DNA from: Myxococcota bacterium
GTDB taxonomy: Bacteria; Myxococcota_A; UBA9160; UBA4427
Reading direction: 5' to 3'
Length of the DNA: 64,000 nt
Assembly (NCBI GenBank): GCA_965250285.1
Contig: OZ252299.1
Location: 320,001 to 384,000, forward strand
Positions 41,038 through 53,665 of this stretch are shown here, piece after piece (the first letter of the stretch is position 1; each line of letters opens with the position of its first letter). Under the pieces are notes generated by a model that made no database searches, was not told where the DNA came from, and was given only the letters and a program-made list of their open reading frames with translations. The translations under genes were made by a program, and so were the position numbers.

Positions 41038-41180
41038 GCTGAATCTGTGGCCGAATGGGCTCTCTGGGGGGCGAACGGGCTGCGTGGGCGATCGAGCGGC
41101 GTGCGGGCGCTGCGAAGCGTGCGAGGCCGCACTCAGACGTCCGTGGATGCCGCCGGCGCGCACGCCGACCGCGCCCGGCC

Positions 41181-42719
41181 TCAGCGCACGCGGATCGCGA
41201 AGTGCGCCAGATCGCGCGTCTTCGCACGCAGGAGCACGGCCAGCACGAAGCCGACCAGCGCGGGGTCGGGGGCATGGGGCTTGAGGGCGTAGCGGAGGCC
41301 GAGGGTGCGCCCCGCATCGTCGTCGAGCGCGACGATCAGCTCGCCGACGCCCGCGCCGCCGTCCTCGGCCTCTTCGGCCTGAGCCCGAACGCGGAGGATC
41401 CGCCGCGCGCCGCGTTCGTACTCGGGGTTGGTCACGTGGGTGAAGAACCGGTCGACGAACGCGCGGTCGAGCTTGTCGAAGAGCGCCTCGACCGAGCCGG
41501 TTCGAGAGTGCTCCGAGAAGTTCACGCGAGCGCCGCCCTCGGCCGGCTCGACCCAGGGCTCGAGCTGTCGCTCGACCTCGTTCGTGTGGGCCGCAGTCTG
41601 CGCTGCGCGGGCGGCCTTGCGCGAGATCTGTTGCGACGTCGAGAGCTGCACGGCCCGGGTGTCGCGGCGCGCCTCGCCGACCAGCTCCTTCAGGCGCCGG
41701 ATCTCGCGGTTGCGTGCGCGCAGCTTCGACTCGAGATCGGCGTGTTGCGTCTCGACCTCCGCGAGCAGCTCTTCGGCTGCTGCGAGCTCTTCGCGCGAGG
41801 CGTCGAGGTCGTGCTCGTATCGCTCGACCATCGAGTCGTGCTCGGCGAGCACGCGCTCCATCTGTGTCTTCTTCGATTTGATCGAGCGCAGGCGCGCATC
41901 GTCCACGCGATCGGGCGGCTGGCCCCGGGTCACCTCGTCGAACTCGCGGTCGACCGCGGCGATCTCGGCGTCGAGTCGGGCACGTTCGTGCGCCGCCTCG
42001 TCGCGTTGGCGCTCTGTCTCCGTCACTCGACTTCGGAGCAGCGCCGTCTCCCGGCGGTTGACTTCGCGCAGATCGCCGAGCTCGCCCGCGACCTCGCGCG
42101 CCTCCGCGTCGATTCGGTCGAGCTCGAGCTGATCGCGGTGCAAGGCACGCACCGTGCCGAAGCCCACGAACATCACCGTGATCAGGTAGCCGTAGAGCGG
42201 CAGCGATCGGTTGTAGAGGTGGCGCTCGAGCCAGGCATCGGCGTCGGCGAAGTAGTCTTCGGCCGAGAGAGTCCAGGCGCGGCCGAGCGCGGTCAGCAGC
42301 GGCGGTCGAATGCCCTGCGCGACCTCGACGACGAGCCGGCGCCCATCGGCCAGATCGAACTCGAAGCGCTCGGCGAGCGCCGTGCGCTGCAGATCGACGA
42401 CACCGCGGTTGTGCAGGCGCAGAGGCTCACCGCCCGAGGCACGCGAGAGCGTGACGTCGACGTGCGCCGCACGACGGTCGATGTGCTTCTGGATCGCGGC
42501 CTCGGCCGCTGCATCGGTCGGCCCAGGCCACAGGGCGACCAGATCTCGCACATCGCCGGCCATGCGCTCTGCGCCGGCGATCGCGAGGTGTCGCTGGGTA
42601 TCGTAGAACGTGTGCCAGTTGAACGCGTAGAGCACCGATGCGAGCAGCACCGAGCCCGCGAGCCAGACGACGGTCGAAGCCGCCGCCGAGCGCCAGATGC
42701 GCGCGCGCAGCCCACTCAA
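41181..42719 (-). CDS. hypothetical membrane protein with long coiled coil
   Basis: TM, roughly 140-aa loop, TM, about 180-aa E/R/A-rich heptad region, globular C-terminus. Confidence 0.75.
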   Translation of the reverse strand: MSGLRARIWRSAAASTVVWLAGSVLLASVLYAFNWHTFYDTQRHLAIAGAERMAGDVRDLVALWPGPTDAAAEAAIQKHIDRRAAHVDVTLSRASGGEPLRLHNRGVVDLQRTALAERFEFDLADGRRLVVEVAQGIRPPLLTALGRAWTLSAEDYFADADAWLERHLYNRSLPLYGYLITVMFVGFGTVRALHRDQLELDRIDAEAREVAGELGDLREVNRRETALLRSRVTETERQRDEAAHERARLDAEIAAVDREFDEVTRGQPPDRVDDARLRSIKSKKTQMERVLAEHDSMVERYEHDLDASREELAAAEELLAEVETQHADLESKLRARNREIRRLKELVGEARRDTRAVQLSTSQQISRKAARAAQTAAHTNEVERQLEPWVEPAEGGARVNFSEHSRTGSVEALFDKLDRAFVDRFFTHVTNPEYERGARRILRVRAQAEEAEDGGAGVGELIVALDDDAGRTLGLRYALKPHAPDPALVGFVLAVLLRAKTRDLAHFAIRVR

Positions 42720-42758
42720 CGTGCGATCACCCCGTTGCTTCGAATGCGCTCCGCCGGG

Positions 42759-43619
42759 TCAGGGCAGCTCGTCGAGCCAGGCCGCATCGACGAACCAGCG
42801 TGCTCGCAGCTCCTCGAGCAGACCCGTGCCCTCGAGCAGGTTCACGTAGTTCTGCACGAGGTTCGTGAACAGCGGGTCGTTCGCGGGCAGGGCGATGCCG
42901 ATCGGTTCGAAGTTGAACGGCGAGCTCAGGCTGATGAGCCCGGCGTCGGGGTTGCGAAAGACCGAGATCACGCAGATCGGGAAGTCGGCCACGAGCGCGT
43001 CGACCTTGTCGTCGATCACCGCCTGCACGGCATCGTCATACGACTGAACGCTCGTCAGCTGGGCCTCGGGGGTCACCTCCTGCACGAAGCGCTCGCTCGT
43101 CGAGCCGGCGAGGGCCGCCAGACGTACGGTGCCCTTGTTGATGTCGCCCGAATCCTGCGAGTTCGCGAGCGTGTCGTCCTTCGTCAAGATCGCCTTGCCC
43201 GAGACGAAGTACGGGCCGACGAAGCCGACCTTCATGTTGCGCTCGGGGGTCATCGTGAGGCCCGACATCACCATGTCGACTTCACCCGCATCGAGCGCGT
43301 TCAACAGGGTGCCGAAGGGCCGCTGCACGAGCTCGAGATCGACACCCAGCGAATTGGCGAGCGCGCGGGCCAGGTCGACCTCGAGGCCGATCAGCTCGCC
43401 GCTCTTGTTGACGACGTTGAAGGGCGGCTGGTCGCCGCTCATGCCGACGCGCAGGGTGCCGCGCTCGACGATCGCCGCCAGCACCGGGGCGTTCGAGGCG
43501 TCGGACGAAGGGCCGCCGTTGCCACCGGTCGAGGTGCATGCGGTGAGACCCATCGCGACGAGGGCCAGGGCGACGACGAGCAGGCGCTGGACGGTCGAGG
43601 GGACCATCTTCGACATCAT
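42759..43619 (-). CDS. amino-acid ABC substrate-binding lipoprotein (SBP family 3)
   Basis: Lipobox LTAC; GTLRVGMSGDQPPF, GLEVDLA, SGLTMTPER, GST. Confidence 0.9.
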   Translation of the reverse strand: MMSKMVPSTVQRLLVVALALVAMGLTACTSTGGNGGPSSDASNAPVLAAIVERGTLRVGMSGDQPPFNVVNKSGELIGLEVDLARALANSLGVDLELVQRPFGTLLNALDAGEVDMVMSGLTMTPERNMKVGFVGPYFVSGKAILTKDDTLANSQDSGDINKGTVRLAALAGSTSERFVQEVTPEAQLTSVQSYDDAVQAVIDDKVDALVADFPICVISVFRNPDAGLISLSSPFNFEPIGIALPANDPLFTNLVQNYVNLLEGTGLLEELRARWFVDAAWLDELP

Positions 43620-43932
43620 GATTCGATTACTCCTGAGCCGGAAACACGGCGGAATGCGCTCGCGTCGTTTCCCGGTGAGGGGGTCATGCGGACCGGGGCG
43701 CCAGCGGTGGCGCGCCGCGCCGTTCGGGGAGAGCGGTCTGGATGCACGCCGCACCCCGAGGGCTGCGCGGGTGTAGCAGCCGGGCTCGGGCGACACAAGC
43801 GAGCCGGCTCAGGGTGCGCGCAGGGCCGTTCGGCCGGGCCCTCGGCTGCACGCGCCGAGGTGGGCGCGTTTGCGATCGTTTCGCTGCGCCGGCTCGCGAC
43901 CAAAGCGGCGGCGCGCCCGGGCGCAGGTTTGC

Positions 43933-44820
43933 TCAGCTCTGCCCCTGTTCGCGCAGCGCCCGCTGGCGGAGCGAGGCCGCCGACTTCGGGCCCTGATCCG
44001 CCGAGCGAAGCAGGATCGACTGGCTGCTGTGGCCGATCGGCCCCTTCGCATCGTGGACGAACGCGAGCGCGGTGCCGGCGCCCTCGCCACCGTAGTGGAT
44101 CAGCCCGTCGAGTCCGACCCACTCGCCTTCGAGCGGGCGATGCAGATTCACGCTCGTATCGGGATTGATCGCGCTGAAAGCCCGCGCCGGCGGAATGCCG
44201 CCGCTGCGGAACGTCCGCGAAATGAACGAGCAGGAGTAGGTCCAGTCGGCGACGAGCGCGGTGCGCACGAAGGGCGAGAGCGTCTCGCCCTCGACGAGCG
44301 GCAAGCGCATGCGAAACCAGATCGCCGGTCGCTCGGCGCCCTGGACCGGCTGGAAGTCGACCGCCTGATGGAACGCCGGCGGCATCGGCTCGTCGCTCTG
44401 CGGGATGAACGAGCCCGACCACTCGGGATCGGGCGCCGGCATCGGCAGCCCCGTGCCGTACGACGTCGGCTCCTCGGCCGTATCGATCTCGGAGACGCGC
44501 AGGCGCATCGCCGTCGCGCGCGCACACACCCGGCCGTCGGCCTCGATGCGCGCCTCGACCAGCTCACTGCTCCGGCCGGCGTGGAAGATCTCGGTCGGCG
44601 TTTCGAGCGGCGTGAGCGGCGCCGCCCGCATCATGTCGACGGTGAAGCGCGTCACCTGAAACTCGCCTTCGCTCGGGACGCCCTCGATGGCGCGCGCCAG
44701 CAGCCCGAGCATGGCGCTCCCGTGCATCGTGCCCTCGTACCACGGGCCGGTGGCCAGTGGCTGCGGAATCCAGCGCGCCCCGTCGCGGGCGAAAATGAAG
44801 GGCGGAACATCGGCGGGCAT
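43933..44820 (-). CDS. double-hotdog thioesterase family protein
   Basis: TGPW..GTMHGS, RFTVDM, LVADW, INPDTSVNLHR. Confidence 0.85.
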   Translation of the reverse strand: MPADVPPFIFARDGARWIPQPLATGPWYEGTMHGSAMLGLLARAIEGVPSEGEFQVTRFTVDMMRAAPLTPLETPTEIFHAGRSSELVEARIEADGRVCARATAMRLRVSEIDTAEEPTSYGTGLPMPAPDPEWSGSFIPQSDEPMPPAFHQAVDFQPVQGAERPAIWFRMRLPLVEGETLSPFVRTALVADWTYSCSFISRTFRSGGIPPARAFSAINPDTSVNLHRPLEGEWVGLDGLIHYGGEGAGTALAFVHDAKGPIGHSSQSILLRSADQGPKSAASLRQRALREQGQS

Positions 44821-44909
44821 GGGTTCTCCGTGGGCTCGCCCACTCGAACGACGACGGCGCGCCCCGGTCGAGTCGGTGCGTCGGCGCCGCTTCGGGCACG
44901 GGTCGGGCT

Positions 44910-45353
44910 TCAGGGCGCTTCGTGGATGGCGCCGCGCGCGCCAGGCGCGCGGTGGCCGAGGTTCGAATCGTAGACGAGAACGCGGGCGGCGGCCGGTGCC
45001 AACACCTCGCGGCCGGCTCGCACGTGGTCGGGATGTGCGAGATACGTCTCGAGGGCGGCCCGGTCGCGCAGCACCACGACGATCGACAGGTCGAAGCTGT
45101 CGTCGACGATCGGTCGGTCGCTCTCGATGGGTCCACCCACGAGCACCTGCTCGACGCCGTCGATCGACTCGAAGCCGAGCGAGGCGTGCACGAGGGCGGC
45201 TCGCGCTTCTGAGTCGTCGGGATCGTTCAGCCATACGATCACGACGTGCGCCACGCCGGGCTCGCCGGGCGGCGGCGCCGCGCAGGCGCCGAGCACGAGC
45301 GAGGTCAGGACCGCGGTGGCAATGAGCCGCGCGCGGCGCGCCACGCCGTTCAT
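44910..45353 (-). CDS. Dabb (stress-responsive alpha/beta barrel) lipoprotein
   Basis: Lipobox LGAC; HVVIVWL ... FD ... YLAHPDH. Confidence 0.8.
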   Translation of the reverse strand: MNGVARRARLIATAVLTSLVLGACAAPPPGEPGVAHVVIVWLNDPDDSEARAALVHASLGFESIDGVEQVLVGGPIESDRPIVDDSFDLSIVVVLRDRAALETYLAHPDHVRAGREVLAPAAARVLVYDSNLGHRAPGARGAIHEAP

Positions 45354-46357
45354 GAAGCCTCTCCGCCGGGCGCAATGATGATGGCCTCGTCGCGCAGCGC
45401 CTTCGTGAACTCGAGGAGCGCAGCCTGCTCGCGTTCGCGCTCGACGCGGCTGCGCACCTCGGTCTCGACCTCGGCAAGCGGTGGATCGACCGCGGGCCGC
45501 GCGTCGCTCACGAAGACGAAGTGCTGTCCGAAGCTCGACGCGATCGGGCCAACGAAGGCCCCCGGTTCGGCCTCGAACGCGCCGCGCGCGAAGTCGTGGC
45601 CGAAGCGGCGCGCGAGCTCGTCTTCGCTCGTGCCGCGCACGCGCACGGGCAGCAGGGAGGGGTCGCCGAGCTCGACGGCGTCGTCGGGCGAGAGACCCGG
45701 GCTGCGCAGCTGCTCGCCGACCTCACGCGCCACGGCATCGAGCGCGTCGCCGTGGCGGTCGCGGCTCAGATAGATCTGCGTGAGATCGCGGCGCGCTGGT
45801 CGCTCGAACAGTTCGGGGTTCGCTTGGAGGAACGCTTCGAGCTCGGCGTTCGACGGGGGGTCACGGCGCGACGCTTCGGCCACGGCGAGGCGCACGCGTT
45901 CGCGCAGGCGGCGCTGCACGACGATGTCCGTCTCGTCCATGCCCTGCTCGTATGCTCGGGCGAGCAGGGCCGCGTCGTCGGCCGACGCATCGGTTTCGAG
46001 AAAACGCTGGTTCTGGATCAGCCGCCGCTGCACGACGGGGTCGGTGCGGTGCCAGCCGCGCCGTCGCGCTTCGGCGACGAGCAGCCGGTCATCGATCTCG
46101 CGGTCGATCAGGTGGCGGCGCAGCGCCGCATTGGGTGCACGCCCGGTCTGTTGGGCGAAGGTGATCTCGAGCGCCTGAACGTCGGCATCGCTCAGCACGA
46201 TCGTCGGACCGTCGGGCGCGTCGTCGAAGATGCCCGCGGCGGAGTAGATCAGCCCACCCGCAAAGAGGAAGGCGACGCCGCGCACCCACGGTCGCGCGAG
46301 CCACGGCCGCGTCGGCGCTTCGCCTCGCTCGCGCACGGTGTCTCCGCGATCGCTCAC
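45350..46357 (-). CDS. membrane-anchored parvulin/PpiC-like peptidyl-prolyl isomerase
   Basis: N-terminal TM; EARRRGWHRTDPVVQRRL; FG..FA; GPIASSFGQHFV; GTG start overlaps the DUF3604 stop. Confidence 0.8.
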   Translation of the reverse strand: MSDRGDTVRERGEAPTRPWLARPWVRGVAFLFAGGLIYSAAGIFDDAPDGPTIVLSDADVQALEITFAQQTGRAPNAALRRHLIDREIDDRLLVAEARRRGWHRTDPVVQRRLIQNQRFLETDASADDAALLARAYEQGMDETDIVVQRRLRERVRLAVAEASRRDPPSNAELEAFLQANPELFERPARRDLTQIYLSRDRHGDALDAVAREVGEQLRSPGLSPDDAVELGDPSLLPVRVRGTSEDELARRFGHDFARGAFEAEPGAFVGPIASSFGQHFVFVSDARPAVDPPLAEVETEVRSRVEREREQAALLEFTKALRDEAIIIAPGGEAS

Positions 46358-48312
46358 GGCGTCCCGGTGCCGACCCAGATCGGCGACGTCCAGGCCCGCT
46401 GCTGGATCGTCTTCGCGTGTTCGGGGGCGCAGCAGTCCTCGTAGCCGGGCGGCACCGAGCGCGCGGCGCCGTCGCATACGACGCCGGCCTCGCGGCAGAC
46501 CCTCTGGCTCCAGCGGCAGGTCGGGTTCTCGATCACGCGCGCATAGTAGAAGGCGGGCTCGCCCGGATCGAACGCATCGTCGGTCCAGACGGCGCACAGC
46601 TCGCGCGCGCCCCGGCCCTCGGGCTCGCAGGTCATCGTGTCGACCGTCGCGCCGTTCTCGCCGCCCGCGACGTCGACGACACGCTCGCGCAGCTCGTCGC
46701 CATCGAGCCAGCCCTTCACGATCTGGATGCGCTGCAGGTCGGTGCCTTCCGCCCCAGGTACCCCGGCGTCGGCCCGTGCCGAGACGAGGAACCTCAGCGG
46801 GGCGGTCGCTTCGGGGGGCGACTCGAGCTTGCCGCCCATGGGCATCCCACCCGCGTAGGCGCGAGCGACCCGGTCGCTCGCATCGCACAGATCTTCGGGC
46901 AGGTCGTAGCCGCCGAAGAGGCGGGCTTCGATGCGCGGGCCGCTCGTACCGTACGTTTCGCGGCGCTTCAGCGCAGCGAAGATCGAGCTGCGTGAGTTCT
47001 CTTCGGCCCAGACGACCGCGAGCCCCCCCGGCCCGAAGTCGATCGCATCGGGCAGGCCGCCGTCCATCGTCTGGTCGGGGGGCTTGCCCGCGCCGCCGTG
47101 GCCGGGGAAGGAGGCGCTCTGCTCGACGAGGCCCGGCGTGCCGAGGTGCGTATCGGTGCTCGCGATGATTCCGTACTCGAACGGGTTCACGCCGAGGCGC
47201 TGCTCCTGAGCGAGGCCCTCCTGCAGCACGTGTCGCACGAACATCCGCGGCACATGTTCGCCGTTCTGCCATGGCAGGAACCGCGCGCCCATGGTCGTCG
47301 TGTCGAGCTTCTCGAAGCCGCACAGCTCGTCGTTCGTGCCGACGCCGGTGCGGCACTCGCTGTCGCCCTTGTGCTGCATGATCTCGACGAGGCGTTCGAG
47401 TCGGTGACGTTTCGAGGCGATGTCGACATCGATCGGCTGCCCGGCATCGTCTTCGATCGCGAACATGTAGCCGCCGCCGAGGTTCGAGTTGTGGGGGATG
47501 ACGATGACGTCGCAATCGATGTCGGCGCCGGTGCAGTCGCGCTCGAGCGCGTCCCAGAGCCCCTCGGGCTCGGGCTCGTCGATGGCCGAGGTCGGCAGCT
47601 CGGGCACCGCGTCGTTTGCGAAGATGACGTTGCGGTGCATGTTCGCCGAGGTCGATCCCTTCTGACCCGTCCACTCGTAGGCTGTGAACGCCGTGAACGT
47701 GCACGCGTCGCTGCGATCGGTCGCGGCATCGGCGGCGCGCTGCATCTCCTGCCACGGCCCTCGGGAGGCCTCGATGCAGAGCTCGCCATTCTCGCCGCAG
47801 AAGGCCGGGCGATCGCCCATGCTCGCCTGCAGGTTCATCAGGAAGAACGCGGCCCGGGGCCACCAGCGGTAGATGCGGCACTGGATCGACGTGTACCCGG
47901 CGAGGTCGGGGTCGGTGCAGTGCTCGAGCTCGCCGAAGACCTCGGCGTGATCGGTGACGGCCGCGAAGTCGAGCGGGCGCGAGAGCTGAACGTGGCGGAG
48001 CGGGTTGCCGTCGTCGTCGTGCGGTTGGATGCCGATGCGTTCGCCTCGGGCGAAGCGGTACGCCTCCTCGGGGCCGTTGCGGGTATCCATGGTCGAGGCG
48101 TCGAGCGAGTAGCGCGTGTGCACGTGCAGGTCGCCGAAGAGCGGCTGCCGGTCGGGCGTGTGGTTCGCGCAGACGCCGAGCTCGACGTCGGTCTCGTTGA
48201 TGTCGCCGGTGATGAGCTCGCTCGTCACGGCGAGCGCATGGGTGGCGACGCAGCTGAGCAACGCGACGAGCAGAGCGCTTACGGCGGCGCGCGGGGCTTT
48301 CGATCGGGGCAT
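46354..48312 (-). CDS. DUF3604 family exported PHP-like metallohydrolase (second paralogue)
   Basis: Signal peptide; FGDLHVHTRYSLDA, LDFAAVTDHAE, AYEWT, HRNVIF, IPHNSN, QHKGDSEC, STDTH, RETYGTSGPR, QRAWTSPIW. Confidence 0.88.
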   Translation of the reverse strand: MPRSKAPRAAVSALLVALLSCVATHALAVTSELITGDINETDVELGVCANHTPDRQPLFGDLHVHTRYSLDASTMDTRNGPEEAYRFARGERIGIQPHDDDGNPLRHVQLSRPLDFAAVTDHAEVFGELEHCTDPDLAGYTSIQCRIYRWWPRAAFFLMNLQASMGDRPAFCGENGELCIEASRGPWQEMQRAADAATDRSDACTFTAFTAYEWTGQKGSTSANMHRNVIFANDAVPELPTSAIDEPEPEGLWDALERDCTGADIDCDVIVIPHNSNLGGGYMFAIEDDAGQPIDVDIASKRHRLERLVEIMQHKGDSECRTGVGTNDELCGFEKLDTTTMGARFLPWQNGEHVPRMFVRHVLQEGLAQEQRLGVNPFEYGIIASTDTHLGTPGLVEQSASFPGHGGAGKPPDQTMDGGLPDAIDFGPGGLAVVWAEENSRSSIFAALKRRETYGTSGPRIEARLFGGYDLPEDLCDASDRVARAYAGGMPMGGKLESPPEATAPLRFLVSARADAGVPGAEGTDLQRIQIVKGWLDGDELRERVVDVAGGENGATVDTMTCEPEGRGARELCAVWTDDAFDPGEPAFYYARVIENPTCRWSQRVCREAGVVCDGAARSVPPGYEDCCAPEHAKTIQQRAWTSPIWVGTGTP

Positions 48313-48331
48313 GGGGCGGGCCGTCTCCGGG

Positions 48332-49750
<1,419 letters not shown>

Positions 49751-49768
49751 TCAGGGCGAGCCTGAAGC

Positions 49769-52700
49769 TCAGCCGACGAAGCGTCGCGCGTTGCGGAACA
49801 GACGCATCCACGGCCCATCCTCTTCTTCGGTCGAGGGGTGCCACGAGTGCTGCACGGTGCGGAACACGCGCTCGGGGTGCGGCATGAAGATCGTTGCGCG
49901 GCCGTCGGTCGACGTAACGCCCGTGAGGCCGGCTCTCGAGCCGTTGGGGTTGTCGGGATAGCGCTCGGTCGGTGCACCCCGGTGGTCGACGTAGCGCGCG
50001 CTCTCGAGGCCCTCGTTCGACAGCGCGGCAGCGGCCGCCGCGCTGCGGTGCTCGACCCGGCCCTCGCCGTGCGCGACGGGCACCAGCAGGCGAGACCCCG
50101 CCATGTCGGCGAAGAGCACCGAGGGGCTCTCGAGCAGCTCGACGGTGACGAGCCGGGCCTCGAACTGCTCGGATCGGTTGCGTACGAAGCGCGGCCAGTG
50201 GCTGGCGCCCGGGATCAGCTCGTAGAGGTTCGAGAGCATCTGGCAGCCGTTGCAGATGCCGAGCGAGAAGGTGTCGGGGCGCTCGAAGAACGCTGCGAAT
50301 GCGTCTCGGGTCGCCGGGTGGAAGAGCACCGACTTGGCCCAGCCCTCGCCGGCCCCGAGCACGTCGCCGTAGCTGAACCCCCCGCATGCGACGAGCCCCT
50401 TGAAGTCGGCGAGGTGGCGCCGTCCCTCGAGCAGGTCACTCATGTGGACGTCGATCGCTTCGAAGCCGGCCCGGTCGAAGGCCGCGGCCATCTCGACGTG
50501 ACCGTTCACGCCCTGCTCACGCAGAATCGCCATGGGCGGTCGCACACCGGTCGCGACGAAGGGCGCGGCGACGTCCTCGCTCGGGTCGAACGTCGTCGTC
50601 GGCGTGAGGCCGGGATCGTCGAGGTCGAGTCGCGCCGCGTGTTCTTCTTCGGCGCACTCGGGGTCGTCGCGCAGCGCCTGCATGCGGCGTGTCGTCTCGC
50701 TCCAGAGGTCGCGCAGGGCGTCGCGGCCGCGTTCGAAGAGGATGCGGTCGCCGCTTCGCACGCGCACTCGATCGTCGCCGGTCGGTCGCCCGATCCAGTG
50801 CGATGCCTCCGCAAGCTCGTGCCGAGCCAGCAGCGCTTCGACGGCCTCGACGTCGCCTTCCCGCACCTGCAGGACGGCGCCGAGCTCCTCGCAGAACAGC
50901 GCCGCGAGACCGTCGTCGCCCAGGGCCTCGAGGTCGACGTCGACGCCGCAGCCCCCGGCGAAGGCCATCTCGCACAGCGTCGCGAAGAGACCGCCGTCGC
51001 TGCGGTCGTGATACGCGAGCACCTGTCGCGCTTCGTTCGCGGCGTGGACCGCATCGAAGAACGCGCGCAGCGCCTCGGGGCGGTCGACGTCGGGCGCCGC
51101 GTCGGCGACGCCACCATAGACCTGGGCCAGCGCCGAGCCGCCGAGTCGATGCTGGCCGAAGCCGAGATCGATCAGCAGCAGGCGCGTCGCGCCCGCGTCG
51201 CTCTGGATCTCGGGCGTGAGAGACCGGCGCGCATCCGATACCGGCGCGAAGGCCGAGACGATCAGCGAGATCGGACTCGTCACGCTTTGCTCGCCGCGCT
51301 CGTCGTCCCAGACCGTGCGCATCGAGAGCGAGTCCTTGCCGACGGGCACCGCGATGCCCAGCGCCGGACCGAGCTCGAGACCGACGGCGCGGACGGCGTC
51401 GTACAGGCCAGCGTCCTCGCCCGGTGCGCCGGCGGGCGCCATCCAGTTGCACGAGAGGCGCACATGGCGCGTGCTCGGGATCGACGCCGACGCCAGATTC
51501 GTGAGCGCCTCGCCGATCGCCATGCGCGCCGCGGCGGCGGGATCGAGCAGCGCTACGGGCGTGCGTTCGCCCACGGCCATCGCCTCGCCGACGACGCCGT
51601 CGAAGTCGGCGAGGGTAACCGCGGCGTCGGCGACCGGAACCTGCCACGGGCCCACCATCTGATCGCGCGCGATCAGGCCGGTCACGGTGCGATCGCCGAT
51701 CGAGATGAGGAACGTCTTGTCGCCGACGGTGGGCAGCTGCAGCACGCGTGCGGCGGCGTCGTCGATCTCGATGGTGTCGCGCGGGAGCGGGTCGGGCGTG
51801 AACGCCACGCGCGTCACGTCGCGCTCCATCTTCGGCGGCTTGCCGAGGAGCACCTCGAGCGGCAGGTCGATCGGTGTGTCGCCGAAGTGCGCGTCGGTGA
51901 CGACGAGCTGGCCGTCGTCGGTCGCCTCGCCCACCACGGCGAAGGGGCAGCGTTCGCGCGCGCAGATGGCCTCGAACTCGTCGAGCCGATCGGCCGCGAT
52001 CCCGAGCACGTAGCGTTCCTGGCTCTCGTTGCACCACAGCTCGAGCGGGGTCATGCCCGGCTCGTCGTTCGGCACTTCACGCAGCTCGAAGCGCGCGCCC
52101 CGCCCGCTGTCGTGCACCAGCTCGGGCAGCGCGTTCGACAGGCCCCCTGCGCCGACGTCGTGGATGGCGATGATCGGGTTGTGCTCGCCGCGCGCCCAGC
52201 AGCCGTCGATCACCTCCTGGCAGCGTCGCTCCATCTCGGGGTTGCCGCGCTGCACCGAAGCGAAGTCGAGGTCTTCGGCGCTGTCGCCGCTCGCCATCGA
52301 GCTCGCGGCGCCGCCGCCCAGTCCGATCAGCATCGCGGGGCCGCCGAGCACGACGATCTTGCCGCCGGGCGGGATCGTGCCCTTGTCGACGTCCCCCGGC
52401 CGCACGTTGCCGAGCCCGCCGGCCAGCATGATCGGCTTGTGATAGCCGCGCACCGCGCGACCCCAAGGGCCGGGCACCTCGGCTTCGAACGCGCGGAAGT
52501 AGCCCGCGATGTTCGGCCGGCCGAACTCGTTGTTGAACGCGGCGCCGCCGATCGGTCCCTCGAGCATGATGTCGAGGGCCGAGGCGATGCGGGCCGGCTT
52601 GCCGTGATCGACCTCCCACGGCTGCTCGGCGCCGGGGATGCGCAAATTCGAGACCGAGAAGCCGGTGAGGCCGGCCTTCGGCTTGCCCCCGCGGCCGGTC

Positions 52701-53665
52701 GCGCCCTCGTCACGAATCTCGCCCCCCGATCCCGTTGCGGCGCCCGGGAACGGCGAGATGGCCGTCGGGTGATTGTGCGTCTCGACCTTCATCAGGATGT
52801 GCGCAGGCTCGGCATGCCGGCCATAGATGCCGGTCGCGGGATCGACGAAGAAGCGTTCGGCCTCGTGTCCGGCCATCACGGCTGCGTTGTCCGAGTAGGC
52901 CGAGAGCACGCCGTCGGGCGACTGGTTCGTCGTATTGCGGATCATCTGAAACAGCGACTGCGTCTGTGCTTCGCCGTCGATCTTCCAGTCGGCGTTGAAG
53001 ATCTTGTGCCGGCAGTGTTCGCTGTTTGCCTGGGCGAACATCATGAGCTCGACGTCGGCCGGGTTGCGTCCGAGCTCTCGAAACGCGTCGGCGAGGTAGT
53101 CGATCTCGTCGGGCGCGAGCGCGAGACCGAGCTCCTTGTCGGCCTGCGCGAGGGCCTCGCGGCCGCTGCCGATCACGTCGACCTGGCCGAAGGGCTTGGG
53201 GCTGTGCTCTTCGAAGAGGGTCTCGGCGCGGGTGATGTCGCCCGCGACCGTCTCGGTCATGCGGTCGTGCAGCGCTTCGGCGAGCACCGAGAGGTCGCGC
53301 TCGTCGAGGTCGCCTTCGGCGTGCCAAGCGATGCCGCGCTCGATGCGTGCGACGGCGTCGAGCCCGCAGATGTGGGCGATGTCGGTTGCCTTGGACGACC
53401 ACGGCGAGATCGTGCCCACCCGTGGCAGCACCAGGAGCAGCGAGCCGGCGTCGCCGGCCCCGGCCTCGTCTTCGGGCGTCGGGCCGTAGCGGAGCAGGGC
53501 TTCGAGCACCTGCTGCTCATAGGCGTCGAGGTCGCGGTCCAGCTGCACGAAGTGCATGAAGCGGGCGGAGAGTCGCTCGAGCTTCGGGATGCGGGCCGAG
53601 AGCGACCGAAAGGTCCGCTCGAGGCGCGCGGGGGTCAGGGCGTCCGCGCCGCTCAGGTGGAGCAT
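49769..53665 (-). CDS. purL: phosphoribosylformylglycinamidine synthase (large single-chain form)
   Basis: [38 protein letters not shown]. Confidence 0.97.
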   Translation of the reverse strand: MLHLSGADALTPARLERTFRSLSARIPKLERLSARFMHFVQLDRDLDAYEQQVLEALLRYGPTPEDEAGAGDAGSLLLVLPRVGTISPWSSKATDIAHICGLDAVARIERGIAWHAEGDLDERDLSVLAEALHDRMTETVAGDITRAETLFEEHSPKPFGQVDVIGSGREALAQADKELGLALAPDEIDYLADAFRELGRNPADVELMMFAQANSEHCRHKIFNADWKIDGEAQTQSLFQMIRNTTNQSPDGVLSAYSDNAAVMAGHEAERFFVDPATGIYGRHAEPAHILMKVETHNHPTAISPFPGAATGSGGEIRDEGATGRGGKPKAGLTGFSVSNLRIPGAEQPWEVDHGKPARIASALDIMLEGPIGGAAFNNEFGRPNIAGYFRAFEAEVPGPWGRAVRGYHKPIMLAGGLGNVRPGDVDKGTIPPGGKIVVLGGPAMLIGLGGGAASSMASGDSAEDLDFASVQRGNPEMERRCQEVIDGCWARGEHNPIIAIHDVGAGGLSNALPELVHDSGRGARFELREVPNDEPGMTPLELWCNESQERYVLGIAADRLDEFEAICARERCPFAVVGEATDDGQLVVTDAHFGDTPIDLPLEVLLGKPPKMERDVTRVAFTPDPLPRDTIEIDDAAARVLQLPTVGDKTFLISIGDRTVTGLIARDQMVGPWQVPVADAAVTLADFDGVVGEAMAVGERTPVALLDPAAAARMAIGEALTNLASASIPSTRHVRLSCNWMAPAGAPGEDAGLYDAVRAVGLELGPALGIAVPVGKDSLSMRTVWDDERGEQSVTSPISLIVSAFAPVSDARRSLTPEIQSDAGATRLLLIDLGFGQHRLGGSALAQVYGGVADAAPDVDRPEALRAFFDAVHAANEARQVLAYHDRSDGGLFATLCEMAFAGGCGVDVDLEALGDDGLAALFCEELGAVLQVREGDVEAVEALLARHELAEASHWIGRPTGDDRVRVRSGDRILFERGRDALRDLWSETTRRMQALRDDPECAEEEHAARLDLDDPGLTPTTTFDPSEDVAAPFVATGVRPPMAILREQGVNGHVEMAAAFDRAGFEAIDVHMSDLLEGRRHLADFKGLVACGGFSYGDVLGAGEGWAKSVLFHPATRDAFAAFFERPDTFSLGICNGCQMLSNLYELIPGASHWPRFVRNRSEQFEARLVTVELLESPSVLFADMAGSRLLVPVAHGEGRVEHRSAAAAAALSNEGLESARYVDHRGAPTERYPDNPNGSRAGLTGVTSTDGRATIFMPHPERVFRTVQHSWHPSTEEEDGPWMRLFRNARRFVG

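Noticed and set aside
45350..47881. 843-aa ORF as a fusion or frameshift product
   Set aside because: The N-terminal part is an Arg/Ala-rich alternate frame of DUF3604; the real PPIase starts near 46357
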